DNA from: Phaeosaccion multiseriatum
Lineage: Eukaryota; Protista; Ochrophyta, other classes
Direction: 5' to 3'
Length of the DNA stretch: 64,000 nucleotides
Assembly (NCBI GenBank): GCA_965112735.1
Contig: OZ218953.1
Coordinates: forward strand, 1,240,001-1,304,000
Shown: in pieces, positions 37,517 to 49,500 of the stretch
Layout: every line of letters starts with the position of its first letter
How positions within the stretch are numbered: position 1 is the first letter of the stretch
Notes under the pieces: generated by a model
The model's input: the letters and a program-made list of their open reading frames with translations, nothing else
Database searches by the model: none
What the model was told of the DNA's origin: nothing
Position numbers and translations under genes: made by a program

Positions 37517-40500
37517 AGAGAAGCAACAGGCGCTACTAAAAACGATGACGATGGAGACGTAGGGGTAGGCCGGTGGACTTCCTTCGGTCCCAGTGGCCGC
37601 AACAGCAGTAGCGGCTGCAGCATGTGGTCATCCAAGGGCGCCAGCAGTGAGGACAAGAGGCCCTGTGTCAGCACGGCTATGTCCGAGGCACCACACGCGC
37701 GCAGGATGTCTGCGAAGAGGGAGAGGCTGGTGTGTAGCAAGGCCCTCTGCAGAGGCGTAGTAGTCGTAGTAGCTCCACTAGCAGCAGCAGCTGGTGATAC
37801 AGCAGTTGGTGATACAGCAGCGTTGTGGATGGCTTCGCCGATACTAGTGGCCAGCACATCAAGCACGTGCCTGGCGAGGTGGGGTGACCCCGGGAAGACA
37901 CCCCTGCACTGGAGAACCACCTTGCCCAGCACTGTGACAGACTGCAGCAGCACGGCTCGGCTGAGGTCCTCCAGCCGGATGGGAGGAGCCGCTCCACGAG
38001 CTGCCATCGCTCGGGCGAAGCTGCCCCTGCTGCTTCTGCTCCTCTTCAAGCGCGAGTCGTCGGGGCCAGTATCGCCATCTACTGCCAACCCACCACCACC
38101 GTCCACTGGGGGTTCGTCGTCATCACCCCCACTGTCTCCATGTGCTTCTTGTCCTTCTCCGCCTTTCTGCCCGTCGACTCTGGCCCTGACCAGTTGGTGA
38201 AACACCACCCTGGACGCCTGGACGACAGAACCAGAGCCCGAGTCCCTCTGCTGCTTACCGAGGATGTCGCCTGCTACTGCCCCTGCTGCTGCTGCCCCTG
38301 CTGCTGCTCCTGTTGCCCGTACTCCTGCTTCCCATGCTACAGCTTCCCCTGCTGTTTCCCCCGCCACCATAACCCCGTCGCAAGAAGAAGAAGAGGGGAG
38401 GCGCAGTAGCACCTTGCCGTGATGTCTACACCGCTGTAGAAGGGTGTCCATGGTGCCCAGCTCAGCCAAGATGGCCAGCAAAGGGGGCGTGGGCAGCGTC
38501 TCAAGCCACGTGGTCAGCCACCGCATGCTCGGGTCCAGCACTGCAAGCAGGTGGGATGGCCACAGAGCAAGCACCGTACTCTCCTCCTTCTCCTCCTCCT
38601 CCTCCTCCGCTGTCGTTCTACTGCTCCGTCTGCTGATCCTGCCCCCTTCTTCTCGTTCTTCCTCCTCCTCCTCCTGCTCCTCCTCCTCCTCGTCTCCTCC
38701 TCCGCGGACTGTCGTGTAGTGAGCGGTGGGTCGAAAGTCCCTGAGCAGCCCCAGTGTGAGCCTCACCACGCGCCAGGCAAGGTCTTCCCTGATGCAAGGG
38801 AAACACTCGTGTGCATCCGCTGAGAGCATGCAATGCAGGGCCTTGACGGCACGGGTGACGGCGGCGAGAGACGAGTCTCCCACAAAACTGAGACACAGGC
38901 CCGGGCTCTCCAGGTCCAGGCCAGAGCTGGAGCCGAGTCCATGCTGACCAGCACCACCACCACTGCTGCTGCTTCTGCCGTCGCCCACACACCCCTCTTC
39001 CTGTGCTTCTGCAGTTGCTGCTGCGCCTCGCTTCTTATTCTGCTGTGCATGGCTTGCCCCACCCCTTCCTGCTCCTTCTCCTACTGCTGCTGCGGTCCGC
39101 CTCGCCCCGCCCTCTCTCGGCACTGGAGGAGGCGAGGCCAGGCTCGGTGCACCCGGAGTGGGGATATGTTCCACGGAACTGTGCTCCACGGAACTGTGTT
39201 CCACGGAACTGTACTCCCTACAGATGCCATCGCTCCGCCGGCTTCCGCTCAAGGTACTTGCCGTGGAAGGAACAGCAGCAGAAGCAGTTGGTGATACAGC
39301 AGTTGGTGATACAGCCGCCACGTGCACGGTGCTGCCGAAGTGGTACTCCAGATAGGCCAGCACACCCGCCAGGCAGTCGGCCGCTCCCATGTAGCCCCCC
39401 TCGGCCATGCTCTGCTCAAACAAGGACCAGTACAGGTCCAGGACTTGAGCCACGATCTCTGACGATGCCTCACTTCGCCCTCCCCTCCTCCTGCTGGTGC
39501 TGCTGGTGCTGGTGCTGGTGCTGGTGCTAGTGTTGCTAGTACCGCTTTGCTCTCCTGCTGGAGGTGACGGTCCCTGGCCTTCTCCGCTAACCCGGGCAGA
39601 TTCCGGAGAGGTTCTGGGTGTCAATGTGCCTGCGTTGCTTGGCGGGGAGGGAGAGCCGGTGAGTAGGCTGTCCTCTGTCAGCGGTCCAGAGATGGCACCA
39701 CCGGGGCTGCGTTCGCTGGCAGGCGCCAGCAGCAGCCCTTGCATAGCCTTCAGAACCTTATCAAAGTGGTGCGCATAATTGAGCTCTGTGACGCTCACTT
39801 TGGACAGCTTGGTAAGGGCCGCTCCAAGGCCTTCTCCGCTTCCGCCTCCTGCTTCTCCTCCTCCGCCTGCTGCGCCTGCTGCTCCACCACCAGTGGCATC
39901 ATGCCCTTGCCCGCCTGTGGTGTACTTTTCAATCGCCTCAAGTACCTGAGGCACCACTTCCTCCTCCTCAAGTGAAGCCCCAAAGCCACCCATTCCCCCC
40001 CCAAAGTCCATCATGTCAAACCCAAACCCGCCCCCCCCTCCTCCTCCTCCTCCCCCTCCTCCCATGAGGCTGGCCCCGCCCAATACGTCGAACAGCGAGA
40101 CCCCGCCCCCCCAACCATCGCCCTCTTTCTTCATACGCTTGGGGTCGGAGCCTTCACTGTCTCCTTCTGCTGTCTCCATGCAGTCATTGTCTCGCTGCTG
40201 GCCTTGGCCTTTAGCCTTGTCCTCATTCACACCCCCCTCCTTCCCCGTTCTTTGCTTCCGCAGCCGCCCAGCCTCGCGGATCGCCCGACTTGCCTCTTTT
40301 GAGATGTTGTCAAAGGCCTTACTCTGTCCCAGCTTCCTCAGCAGTCGCTGCACCACTTCCTCCATCTCAGTAGAATGTCCACCACTTCCGTCCTTGGTGC
40401 TCCTGCTGTGCGCGCCCTCCGCACCCACAGCATTGATGGCCCTTTCTATTACCGGACCTAGAGCCTGCCGTATTGCTTTCTTCAGCTGAAGCTCTAGCTC

Positions 40501-40701
40501 GGATCCATCCAAGGCCTCACAGTGAGACGGGGCTCGAGAGAGGATGGCATCCAAGGCAACACCGGTGGGAGCTTCACCTCCACTGCCGGCGATGTACAAG
40601 GAGAGCGAGGAAAGCGCTTCTGAGGCAGCTGTCGCATCCACTACACCAGGTAGAGAAGGCTCATCACTGTGTGCTCCAACACCCGCCATTGTTGAAGCCA
40701 T
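33264..40701 (-). CDS. TBC1D32: Protein broad-minded (BROMI/TBC1D32) homologue, ~2350 aa; exons 36160-40701 and 33264-35780
   Basis: N-terminal LKKAIRQALGPVIE..VVQRLLRKLGQSKAF, middle GFLDELW, and C-terminal DWFAATMYL..LWP, GPDYLVYLAVALLRHL, FMEELQHTHR..LQRM all parallel BROMI motifs. A phase-0 intron (tcg|gtacgt..taag|ggt) joins the two large ORFs. Confidence 0.75.
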
Positions 40702-41515
40702 CCTCCTCTCTTTCACGCGTCTACAATCTTCTTGGTCGAGGGAGCGTTTCTCTCCTCTCCTCCCAGCTTATGCATCATACATCAAATCCATAGGAAGGCC
40801 ACATCTGCTGCTTCTCCCTTCTCTCCCTTATATCGTAATTGTTGTTTGCTGCTCGGCGTCTTGGAAGGAGATGTTTCGTTCAGAGAAGGGATAGAGGGCA
40901 CGAGGCCGCGGCCGAAAATCAATCACTGACTTACTACGCCTGCCAACTCTCTCTCTCTCTCTCTCGCGCACCCACGCACCCACGCACCATGCACGTACAC
41001 TTTGTCGATGTCTCACCAGGCGAACACGAGAACAGGAGCCAAAGCAATCTTATATGGAAGGATGTGCTTTGAACAGGAGCCAGGGCAATCTTCTCTTGCC
41101 CCAATGATGTGCTTCGCTCCTGACGCACGGCTGTCTCTAAACGCCCACAACGTTCTCGCTCTCTCTCTCTCTGCTATCTCATGAGACCTTCGCTCGTTCC
41201 CTTTCTCTCACCCTCTATCTCTCCCTCTCTCTCGCTCGCTCCTAGAGACGCGTGTGTAGTTGGTGGTGTATACCCTCCGCCTTTGGCCACACACATGGTC
41301 TCGCTCTCCCCCTCTACCACTCTCCCCCTTCTCGCTGCCTAGACCCTGTTCTGTACAACTACCTCCTGAAGCTGCTGCTCTGGAGCACTGGCGGGGTGGG
41401 GGGGGGGGGGGGTTGACACCTCTTAACTACCACCGCGGTGCCGGCCGCCGTCCAGTCGCCCCAACTTGCCCAGCGTCACCGACACCGACACCGACACCAC
41501 TACACCACTACACCA

Positions 41516-42398
41516 CTATCCTTCATCGCTTCCCCGCAGCAGCGCCTCCCACCGCCTGTGCCGTCGGAAGCCTCCCATCAAGTCCGTGCTCTGGCCCCGG
41601 TCAGGTGAGGGGGTCGGGGGGGTGCTTCCCGTCCTTATTGCCTGACCACCTCCCCCTCGCCTCCCCCCTCGCTGCTGCTGCTCGTCTTCCGCGCCGTCCT
41701 CGCCGTCGACGTGAAGCAGCGCCACGCTCGAGATAGCGGTGCCGGTAAAGAGAAGCAGGAGGAGGACGAAGGTAGACGAGGGTAGCGAGTAGACACTGAG
41801 TTCTTCGCCCTCCAAAATGAACCACTCGTTGTCTGGTGTCCAGCCGAATTCAGTCGTCCTGGGGCGGACGCGATGATGAGGGCGCCGCCGGAGGTTGGAA
41901 GGAGCCGAGAGAGGGCCTTCTTCTCGAGCATCAGTAGACGGAGTCACCGCCGCAGCAGGAGCAGTAAGACTTCCCGTGTTGGTGCGCTCCGGGGTGCTTT
42001 CTGCCACGCTATTCGGGCTTTTATTGGCGCGCTCGTGCGAAGGATTCTCCGAGAGAGAGGAGGAATAGCTGAAGACGCTGGGTGGAACGATCCACTCCCC
42101 ATACACCTACCGTACAGAGAGTGTAGACCATCAAGGAGTGCGACAACACATGGAGAGCGTAAGGTGTGCATACTTTGATGTTTGAAGAGCTCCTCCCACT
42201 CACCACGTCATGGTACCTCAACTCCTGCTTCTCCATTCTTCTGAACCGCTCGCTTTTCGAAGCGAAGAGGGCTGTCATAACCATGGAGCATGTGAAGACG
42301 ACAAGGAGTAGAAAGGGCCAGCTGGCGCCCCAACATGCCATAGCCAAAAGGCCGCGCCAACTCCTGTTCCTGCTGGTGAAGCGAGCCTTTTCACCCAA
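41516..42398 (-). CDS. Possible hypothetical membrane protein or gene relic
   Basis: Two ORFs with hydrophobic segments can be joined by a short GT-AG intron (aaa|gtatgc..gtag|gtg). No clear start and no recognisable family. Confidence 0.25.
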
Positions 42399-42869
42399 TC
42401 AGCTCCGTCCACACCACCATTGCGAACGTGTAGACAACTTTGGAACTTGGTGGGGGGGGGGGAGGCGGTAGTGGATCGTGCAAGAGGTTAGCGGGCGCTT
42501 CCTTCACGTGCGCAAACGGGTCGTAGCAGACCATCCGCAGCATCTGTTCGCGAGGGATGAACCAAGGCCACGACAATGAGCCCTTTCGCAACACTGGAAT
42601 CAAAGGCTCTTCCTCCGCCGTACCTTTCGGTGCGTGGGGATCGGCCAGAGAGCGGCCCTATCGACTCGCCTCTTTACTAGGCTCCGTCTCGCGCAGGCTC
42701 AGTGGCCTTGGACAAAAAAAAGCTAGTTTTTCGAGAAAGGAGGGTTTGTATCCACGGGATTCTCCTCCCTCAATTCGACGTTTTGCTTGGGGGCAGTGTG
42801 GCCCGTGCCTTGCCTTACTCTAGCTCGGAGATGTCATCGGGTGTGTAGAGAGGGCTCCGGGTAAACAAA

Positions 42870-43850
42870 TTCCTGCTCGTCAAACAGTTTCTTGGGGTCG
42901 TCCTCCCGAGTCTCCCATAGCCTGAAGCAGCAAGGTGAGCCTCTTGATGTCACCATTCACTTTGGCCCTCTGCTGTCCCTTGAAGAATGCGAGCTCCGCT
43001 GCCGCTCTTGATGTTGAACCCTCGCTCTGATCGCTCGCTCCAGGCCAAGCACATGAGCCACACCATCCAGGTGGAGCGATAAGTCAGAAAAGTCCGAGCC
43101 GCTGTGAGCTCATTCATCGCCCAGCAGTAAGGGCACATGAGAAGCCCATCGATGAAGACGGACTCACAGCGTACCTTGCGGTATGCCGGAACAGGGGCGA
43201 CGTCGTCGGTGTGCGGCTCCACGAAGGGGCGTCCCCAAACACACCTGTAGGGCCCAGCCACACTCCCTTGGCTCGTGCCAGCCTTGACGGGATGGAGGAC
43301 ATCGTCCAGCAGCTCATTTCCGCAGGAGTGGTAGTGAATAGAGCAAGGTCGTGCCGAGCGGAAGTGCAAAGGGCTTCGCGCGGCTGGGGCTGATGTCGAG
43401 CGCCGCAGTGCCCGGGGATGGTCTGCGCTACATCGTGGCTCCCTTTACGGGCATCGCTTGCTTTTTTTGCGGCTAACGCAGTCATTGATGTTTTTTTACG
43501 GCTAACGCAGTCATTGATGCAAGCGATGATCGCGGAACTTCATCCCTCCACATGGCTTCCCGAGAAGGCCATTCCTGAGGCATATTCTATCTAGCGTGGA
43601 TATGTCGGCTGAAGACCGAAGCACTCCTCTCCATCGAACCGCTACTGGCGGTCATTATCATGATGGAAAGGAGCGTCTCCACTTAGAGCTTGTACGTGCA
43701 TGCTCTGCTCTTGCCTTTTCGGCGCTGCCTACTACCAACACGAGGGGGCCGTGCCGGAGGTGTTTGGGGTAGGGGCGTCCGTTGCCGAGGCCCTGACTTT
43801 GGCTCGAGCGCAGGGCCTGCACGAAGATGCTATTCACCTAGGGTGGTGTC
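42870..43850 (+). pseudogene. Decayed tandem paralogue of the downstream ankyrin-repeat gene
   Basis: Collinear fragments AKHMSHTI..KVRAAVSSFIAQQ*, GASPNTPVGPSHTPLARASLDGMEDIVQQLISAG and GASVAEALTLARAQG. In-frame stops and frameshifts, with the same intron acceptor position as the intact gene. Confidence 0.8.
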
Positions 43851-44146
43851 GCGGAGAGTATGGTGGACGTCATGGGGGTGTGCTATCGCGTCTGCTGGGA
43901 GGAGGAGGGGCGGAATCAGCAGCCGGGGGGGGCTATTGCCGTGGGGGACTCGCCCCGAAGCGCTGGAGGGGATTGCTCCGGCGTGCACTGAGAGGGGCGA
44001 TGAGGGAAGGGTGCAAGTCTTGGAGGAAGCATAAAATTAAAAACTGGCGACGACCCTGCTGGCGCTAACCACAGCCCCATTCCTTTACCGCGGAGAGGGC
44101 CAGATTGGAAATATTCATCCCGGGACATCCGCCCGTCGACCGCGCT

Positions 44147-45075
44147 ATGGATGAGGTCTTATCTTTTTTCTCCCGTGCGCCAGACCTGAGCATCGAGGTA
44201 CGCGGGCTGCGGAAGCTTGACCCCCACACTTCCTCCCTGCGGTGCCCTGTCGGGCCGGGCCGGCTTGCCCCTTTGAACCTCGCTCGAGTGAAGCTCGCGC
44301 GATCGTCTACTATGCCTTCTGTTCCGTAAGTGGCTTGGTCGCTTCGTTGCTCGCTCGACTCGTTCCTCTCCCCTGCTGCTGCTAGGCGCAGCATCTCCGA
44401 TTCGCCATCGGCTACGTGGATGATCTCAGCAAGGTCCGAGGCGCTGCGAGGGAATTCATCGCCCAGGAAGGAGGAGAGAGGGCGTGCCTTGAGAAGGCCA
44501 TTGACGAAGACGGATACACTTCAATGTGCGCCGCGGCGGGCTCCGGGCGGCCTGATGTTATCGGCATGCTTCTTGAAGAAGGGGCATCCCCGAACACGCC
44601 CGGAGGACCCAACGGTATCACGCCGCTGGCCCTTGCAAGCCTGAGAGGGGAGGAAGATATCGTGCTGCAGCTTCTCTCTGCTGGAGCTGACATCGACGGC
44701 CCAGATGCACAAAGGATGCCTGCGCTAGACATGGCTGCATTCAGTGGGCATCTCAACATAGTGACAGCTCTCCTTGCAGCGGGTGCGCACGTTGCCGGCT
44801 CTTCTCTTCCAATGGCTGCTGCTCAGAAGGGCCATGCACCGGTGATCCGTGCGCTCATCTCTGCTGGGGCGGCGGTGGATGGGAAAGGAGGCAGCCCCGC
44901 GGTGACCCCGCTACTCTGGGCAGCGTGTCACAACCACGATGGGGCCATGCAAGAGCTACTCAGTGCAGGGGCGTCCGTTGCCGAGGCCCTGGCTTTGGCT
45001 CGGGAGATGGGCTGGCCTGAAGCCGGCTATCGCCTCGCCGCCGCACTGACCAACTTGGAGTACTTTGATGTTTGA
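44147..45075 (+). CDS. Ankyrin-repeat protein; exons 44147-44197 and 44386-45075
   Basis: About five ankyrin repeats (GITPLALASLRGEEDIVLQLLSAGAD, AAFSGHLNIVTALLAAGA, TPLLWAA). Phase-0 intron gag|gtacgc..ctag|gcg. Confidence 0.85.
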
Positions 45076-45981
45076 GTTGGGTGGCAGCAGGGTGCACAGG
45101 CAGTTGATGTGGGGTGTGCGATTGTGAGTGTGTGTGTGCGATCCTGGAGGCGATTTGCCGTGCTGAAGCGCCTTGAGGAGAACCTTGAGGGAAGAAGAGC
45201 GAAGGGGGGAAGTCCTGCTGGAGCAAGCAGAAGGGAGTGGCACGCACTCACGCACTCACGCACTCACGCACTCACGCACCCACGCACTGGCCAACGCGGG
45301 GCTCGGGCCAGACGCAAGCGAGCGTGCAGCCGGACGATCGTCCAGCAGTCGATCCATAGCCATTTGGGCCCACGTTTATCGAGAACATCAGGAAAAGCAG
45401 AGCGAAGCTTCGACGACTCGGGGAGCAAGCAGTCTGTAGCCGAGTATACGCAGTCAGACAGGAGAGTAGCGCTCGAGGGGGGGTGGAGAAGCGAATCAGT
45501 CCACCCAGCCATCAATTGCTGTTGGCACACGGCAATGGCTGACGCCGGCCCATATACATGCCCTACCCTGCCCATGCACCTGCTTTCACAGCGAGCTGGC
45601 TGTCGCCGGCAATAGCAATAGCTCATACAGACCCTGTGGTGTGCGTGCGTGCGTGCGTGTGTGCGTGCGTACTTGCGTCCCCTTGTGTCATATTTTCATT
45701 TTGCCGTTCGCCGTCGCGGTCACCTCCAAACCCCTCCTCTGTGCATGCATCGATCGATCGTTCGGCGCTCGGCCTTTGCCAGAGCCCCTCTTAGACAAAA
45801 CAGCTTTGGCCCTACTCCCCCCCCCCCCCGCGCATGATATACCCACCTACCTATCCATCCATCCCTCCATCCATCCGTCCATCTACCTACAAACCGGGCC
45901 TCTCCGACGAAGCCAGCCCCCCTCCAACGAGGCGGTGGTGTCAGAGTACTCGCCTCCACAACCATCGCCCACTGCCCTCGC

Positions 45982-46296
45982 TCAGCCCTCCTCCTCCTCC
46001 TCCTCCTCCTCCTCCCCCTCCTCCCCGCTCCCCTCCTCCTCTGGGTCGTTGTACCGCGTGAGATCGAAGGTGTGGTTTCTGCTGCAGCTCGTCTCAATAT
46101 CTTTGCAGATGCCCACGAGGCAGTCGGCCTTGTCGTAGAAAGCGTCCCTCTGCGTGATAACGATGCTCTGCAGGTCGTCCCCACTGCGGTGCTGCACGTA
46201 GTTGCACACCTGCGTTGTGTCCGTTCCGTTCCGTCCGTCCGTCGCGAGGAAGAAATCGAGGTTTGAGGTGGAGGTGCGCGGGTTGATAAGTTAAGA

Positions 46297-46332
<36 letters not shown>

Positions 46333-46471
46333 GATTGGTTGTTCTTAGATAGTTGGTCAATTGAGTGAAAGATATTCACTGGATGGGAGAGAGGGGGGCG
46401 AAGGAATGGGCTATCACACACACATATATATAGACACACACACCGCACGCACGCACGCACGCACGCACACA

Positions 46472-46556
<85 letters not shown>

Positions 46557-49500
46557 TGCGAATGTTGATATTGTCCAGAGCGGAGTCGATCTCGTCGAGG
46601 ACAAAGAAGGGCGACGGCCGATATGCATGAATAGCAAAGAGCAGCGCCAGAGCCGCCATGGTCCGCTCCCCACCCGACAACTCGCTGATCTCTCGGAACC
46701 TCTTGGAGGGAGGGGTGGCATGGAAGTCAATCCCACCCAAGTAAGGCTCCTCCTCATTGTCCACGTCCAGAAAGGCGCTCCCTCCGAGCGGGTGCTTGGA
46801 GCTCATGGTCAACTCCTTGTAGATGGCACTCAATGACTCGCTGATGCGATTGAAACAGTCCTTGAAGCGGTCGTAGCGTTCCTGCCGAATCTCATTGAAG
46901 CGCGTTGTGGCGTCCTCTGTCTCGTGACGGAACTTTTGGAGTTCTTCGCCGTCCTCCTTCACCTGCATGATTGGTTAGTGTGTGTGGGTGTGGGTGTGTA
47001 TGCGTGAGCGTTTGTGTGTGCATGTGTCGATTTCGTGAAAGCTTCGGCAAGAGGGCAAAGCGAGGTCAGGAGGCTACGGCAAGACTAGCCACCTCCCCTC
47101 CCTCCCTCCCTCCCTCCCCCTCTCTCACTCTCTCTCCCTCTCCCTCCCTCCCTCCCTCCCTCCCTCTTCCTCCCTCCTTCCCCTCCCCCCTCCTGCCCAA
47201 CCCCCTTCCTCCCTCCCTGCCTCACATCTACACGCACCTTACTCACGACCTCCCCGAAGCGATCCGCAGCCTTCATGTTAGGCTGCATGCGGTCAATCTC
47301 CGCCGCGAGCGTCGCCATCTGTCGCTTGTATCCCTGCAACACCTCCTCCCTGTCATGCGGGTCAGTCACCCCCTTGTGCTTCGCTTTGCTAATGTCCACT
47401 TTGTGCGCCGCCGCTCGGTCTTGTCGCACCACTTTGCTGTCCGTTTGGCTGAAGTGGAGGGTCGACGTGCCTCCTCCCTGGGACTCGGAGTCCCTCGTTG
47501 TCTCAGAACTCGCCCCAACCTGCATACTGCTGGTCTCCGATGCATCCTCCTCCTCCTCCTCCTCCTCCTCGTCCTCGTCCTCATCGTCATCCTCCTCCTC
47601 CTCCTCTTCGTCATCGTCATCTTCATCCTCGTCCTCGGTCGCCCCCCCTTCTCCTCTTCGCCTCTTCTTGCCGCCCCCTCCCTTCGCCTTGCCCTTGCTC
47701 CGCGCCTTGACCTTGCCCTTTCCCTTCTTCTTGGCCCCGTCCAGCATGGGCAGATCCACCTCCTCCACTTGGGCCTTCTGCAGCACCTCATGCAGCCGTG
47801 CCCTTGCCTGTTCCTGCGCCGCCTCTTCAGTGGTGATTCGCTTGCCAATGGCGGCCTTCTCCTTCGCAATGGAGTCCTTCTCCGCCTGGACCTTCTTCAC
47901 TTCACTCGCGCTTCCCTTGGCTGCCTCCTTGGTCTCGTGGCAGAGCTTCTGGGCCTCGTCCAGGGCGGCTCGAAGCTTCGCCTCCTTGGCCATAAGCTTC
48001 TCAAACTTCTTCCCCAGTGTGGGGAGCTGCTTCTGCTTGCTGGCCAGCTTGCTTCTCACCTGCTCCAGCCCAGCCCACAGCCCAGAGAGAAGAGGGGAAG
48101 GGGGATGGGGGGCATGGGTGTGTGGTGAGGGGACAACGTATCAATTTGGATGGGTGGGGTAGGAAGATGGGGAATGACGATGGACGGAAGAGGAACGCGG
48201 TGGCGAGGGTGAGTGTGGCGGGTAATCGCGGTCAAAGAGGGGCAGATGACAAGGCAAGGTACACCAAGCAAGCGCACCAGTGCCAGTCAGTAAGTCATCC
48301 GAGCCGTCGAGAGGGGGGACATGAGGGGCTGGGACACGTTTTTCTGTGCCCCTTTGCTCTATCTGTTCTTCTCGTTCTCACAATGTTCGCCCGCTCTCCT
48401 TCTTACACTTTCTCACATACGCACAAGCAGACACAAACACACACGCACACACACAAACACACATACATACACGTATACATACGCACACGCTCACACACAC
48501 ACACGCACACACACAAACACACACACATCACCACACGTAAGTACACACATACTTTGGCTAGGGGGCCCTCAAAGTCTCTGCTGTTCTCGTACTCCAGCTG
48601 TGCCTCGAGCTTGGTGCGGTGCTCACGAAGTTTCAGAGCCTTCTTCATGTGACTCTGCAGAGGAAGAAAAGGAGGAAGGAAGGAAGGAAGGAAGGAAGGA
48701 AGGAAGGAAGGAAGGAAGGAAGGAAGGAAGGAAGGAAGGAAGGAAGGAAGGAAAGAAGGAAGGAAGGAAGGAAGGAAGGAAGGAAGGGACAGCTGAGAAC
48801 GCCTGAGGGAGCGAAGTCTCGAAGCTACAGAATGGAGCACACCCACCGGCACACGTTCACTCACACACACACGCACGCACACACACACGCCTTCACACAA
48901 CGCCCTGCTCACACGGACACGCACATACACAAACCACACAAGCACACGCACAAGCACACATACACACCGTCACACACACACACACGCACGCACGCATACA
49001 CACCCACCCACGCACCTGAATATCCTTGAGCGCTCCCTGCTCAAAGTCTCTGATGCTCTGCACCCCCACCGAGGCCGTGAAGTCAGCGAACACGTCGTCC
49101 TCAGTACGGTTCATCTCCTCCTGCTTGCTGGACACGGTCTCCTCTTGACTCGCCATCTTGGCCTCCAGAGCTGCCTGAGGGGGGGGGGGGAAGGAAAGAA
49201 ACCAAGGCAAGGTCCGGCAAGGCAAAAGGATAAAAAATAAGTAATAAACACCCATCCCACCACCACCCAACCCCCCTCCGGAGCAGAAGGGGCCAAAGAG
49301 TTGGCGTGTTGGTTCTTCATTCACTCACTCATTCACTCACCTTGGCCTCTTTCACCCCGTGCAGCTGGTCCTTGAGCTTCTCGACTTGCCTCCCGAGGTC
49401 CTCGAGCTTCTGCCCGCATTTGTCCTGATCGGCTCGGCTGCAGTACCAGGGGGGGGGGGGGGGGGGGGAGACGGAAGGGAAAGCGGAATGGGGGTGAGGG

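Noticed and set aside
45109-45980. Short ORFs between the ankyrin gene and the SMC1 3' end
   Set aside because: No recognisable motifs or consistent splice structure. Probably UTR or intergenic.
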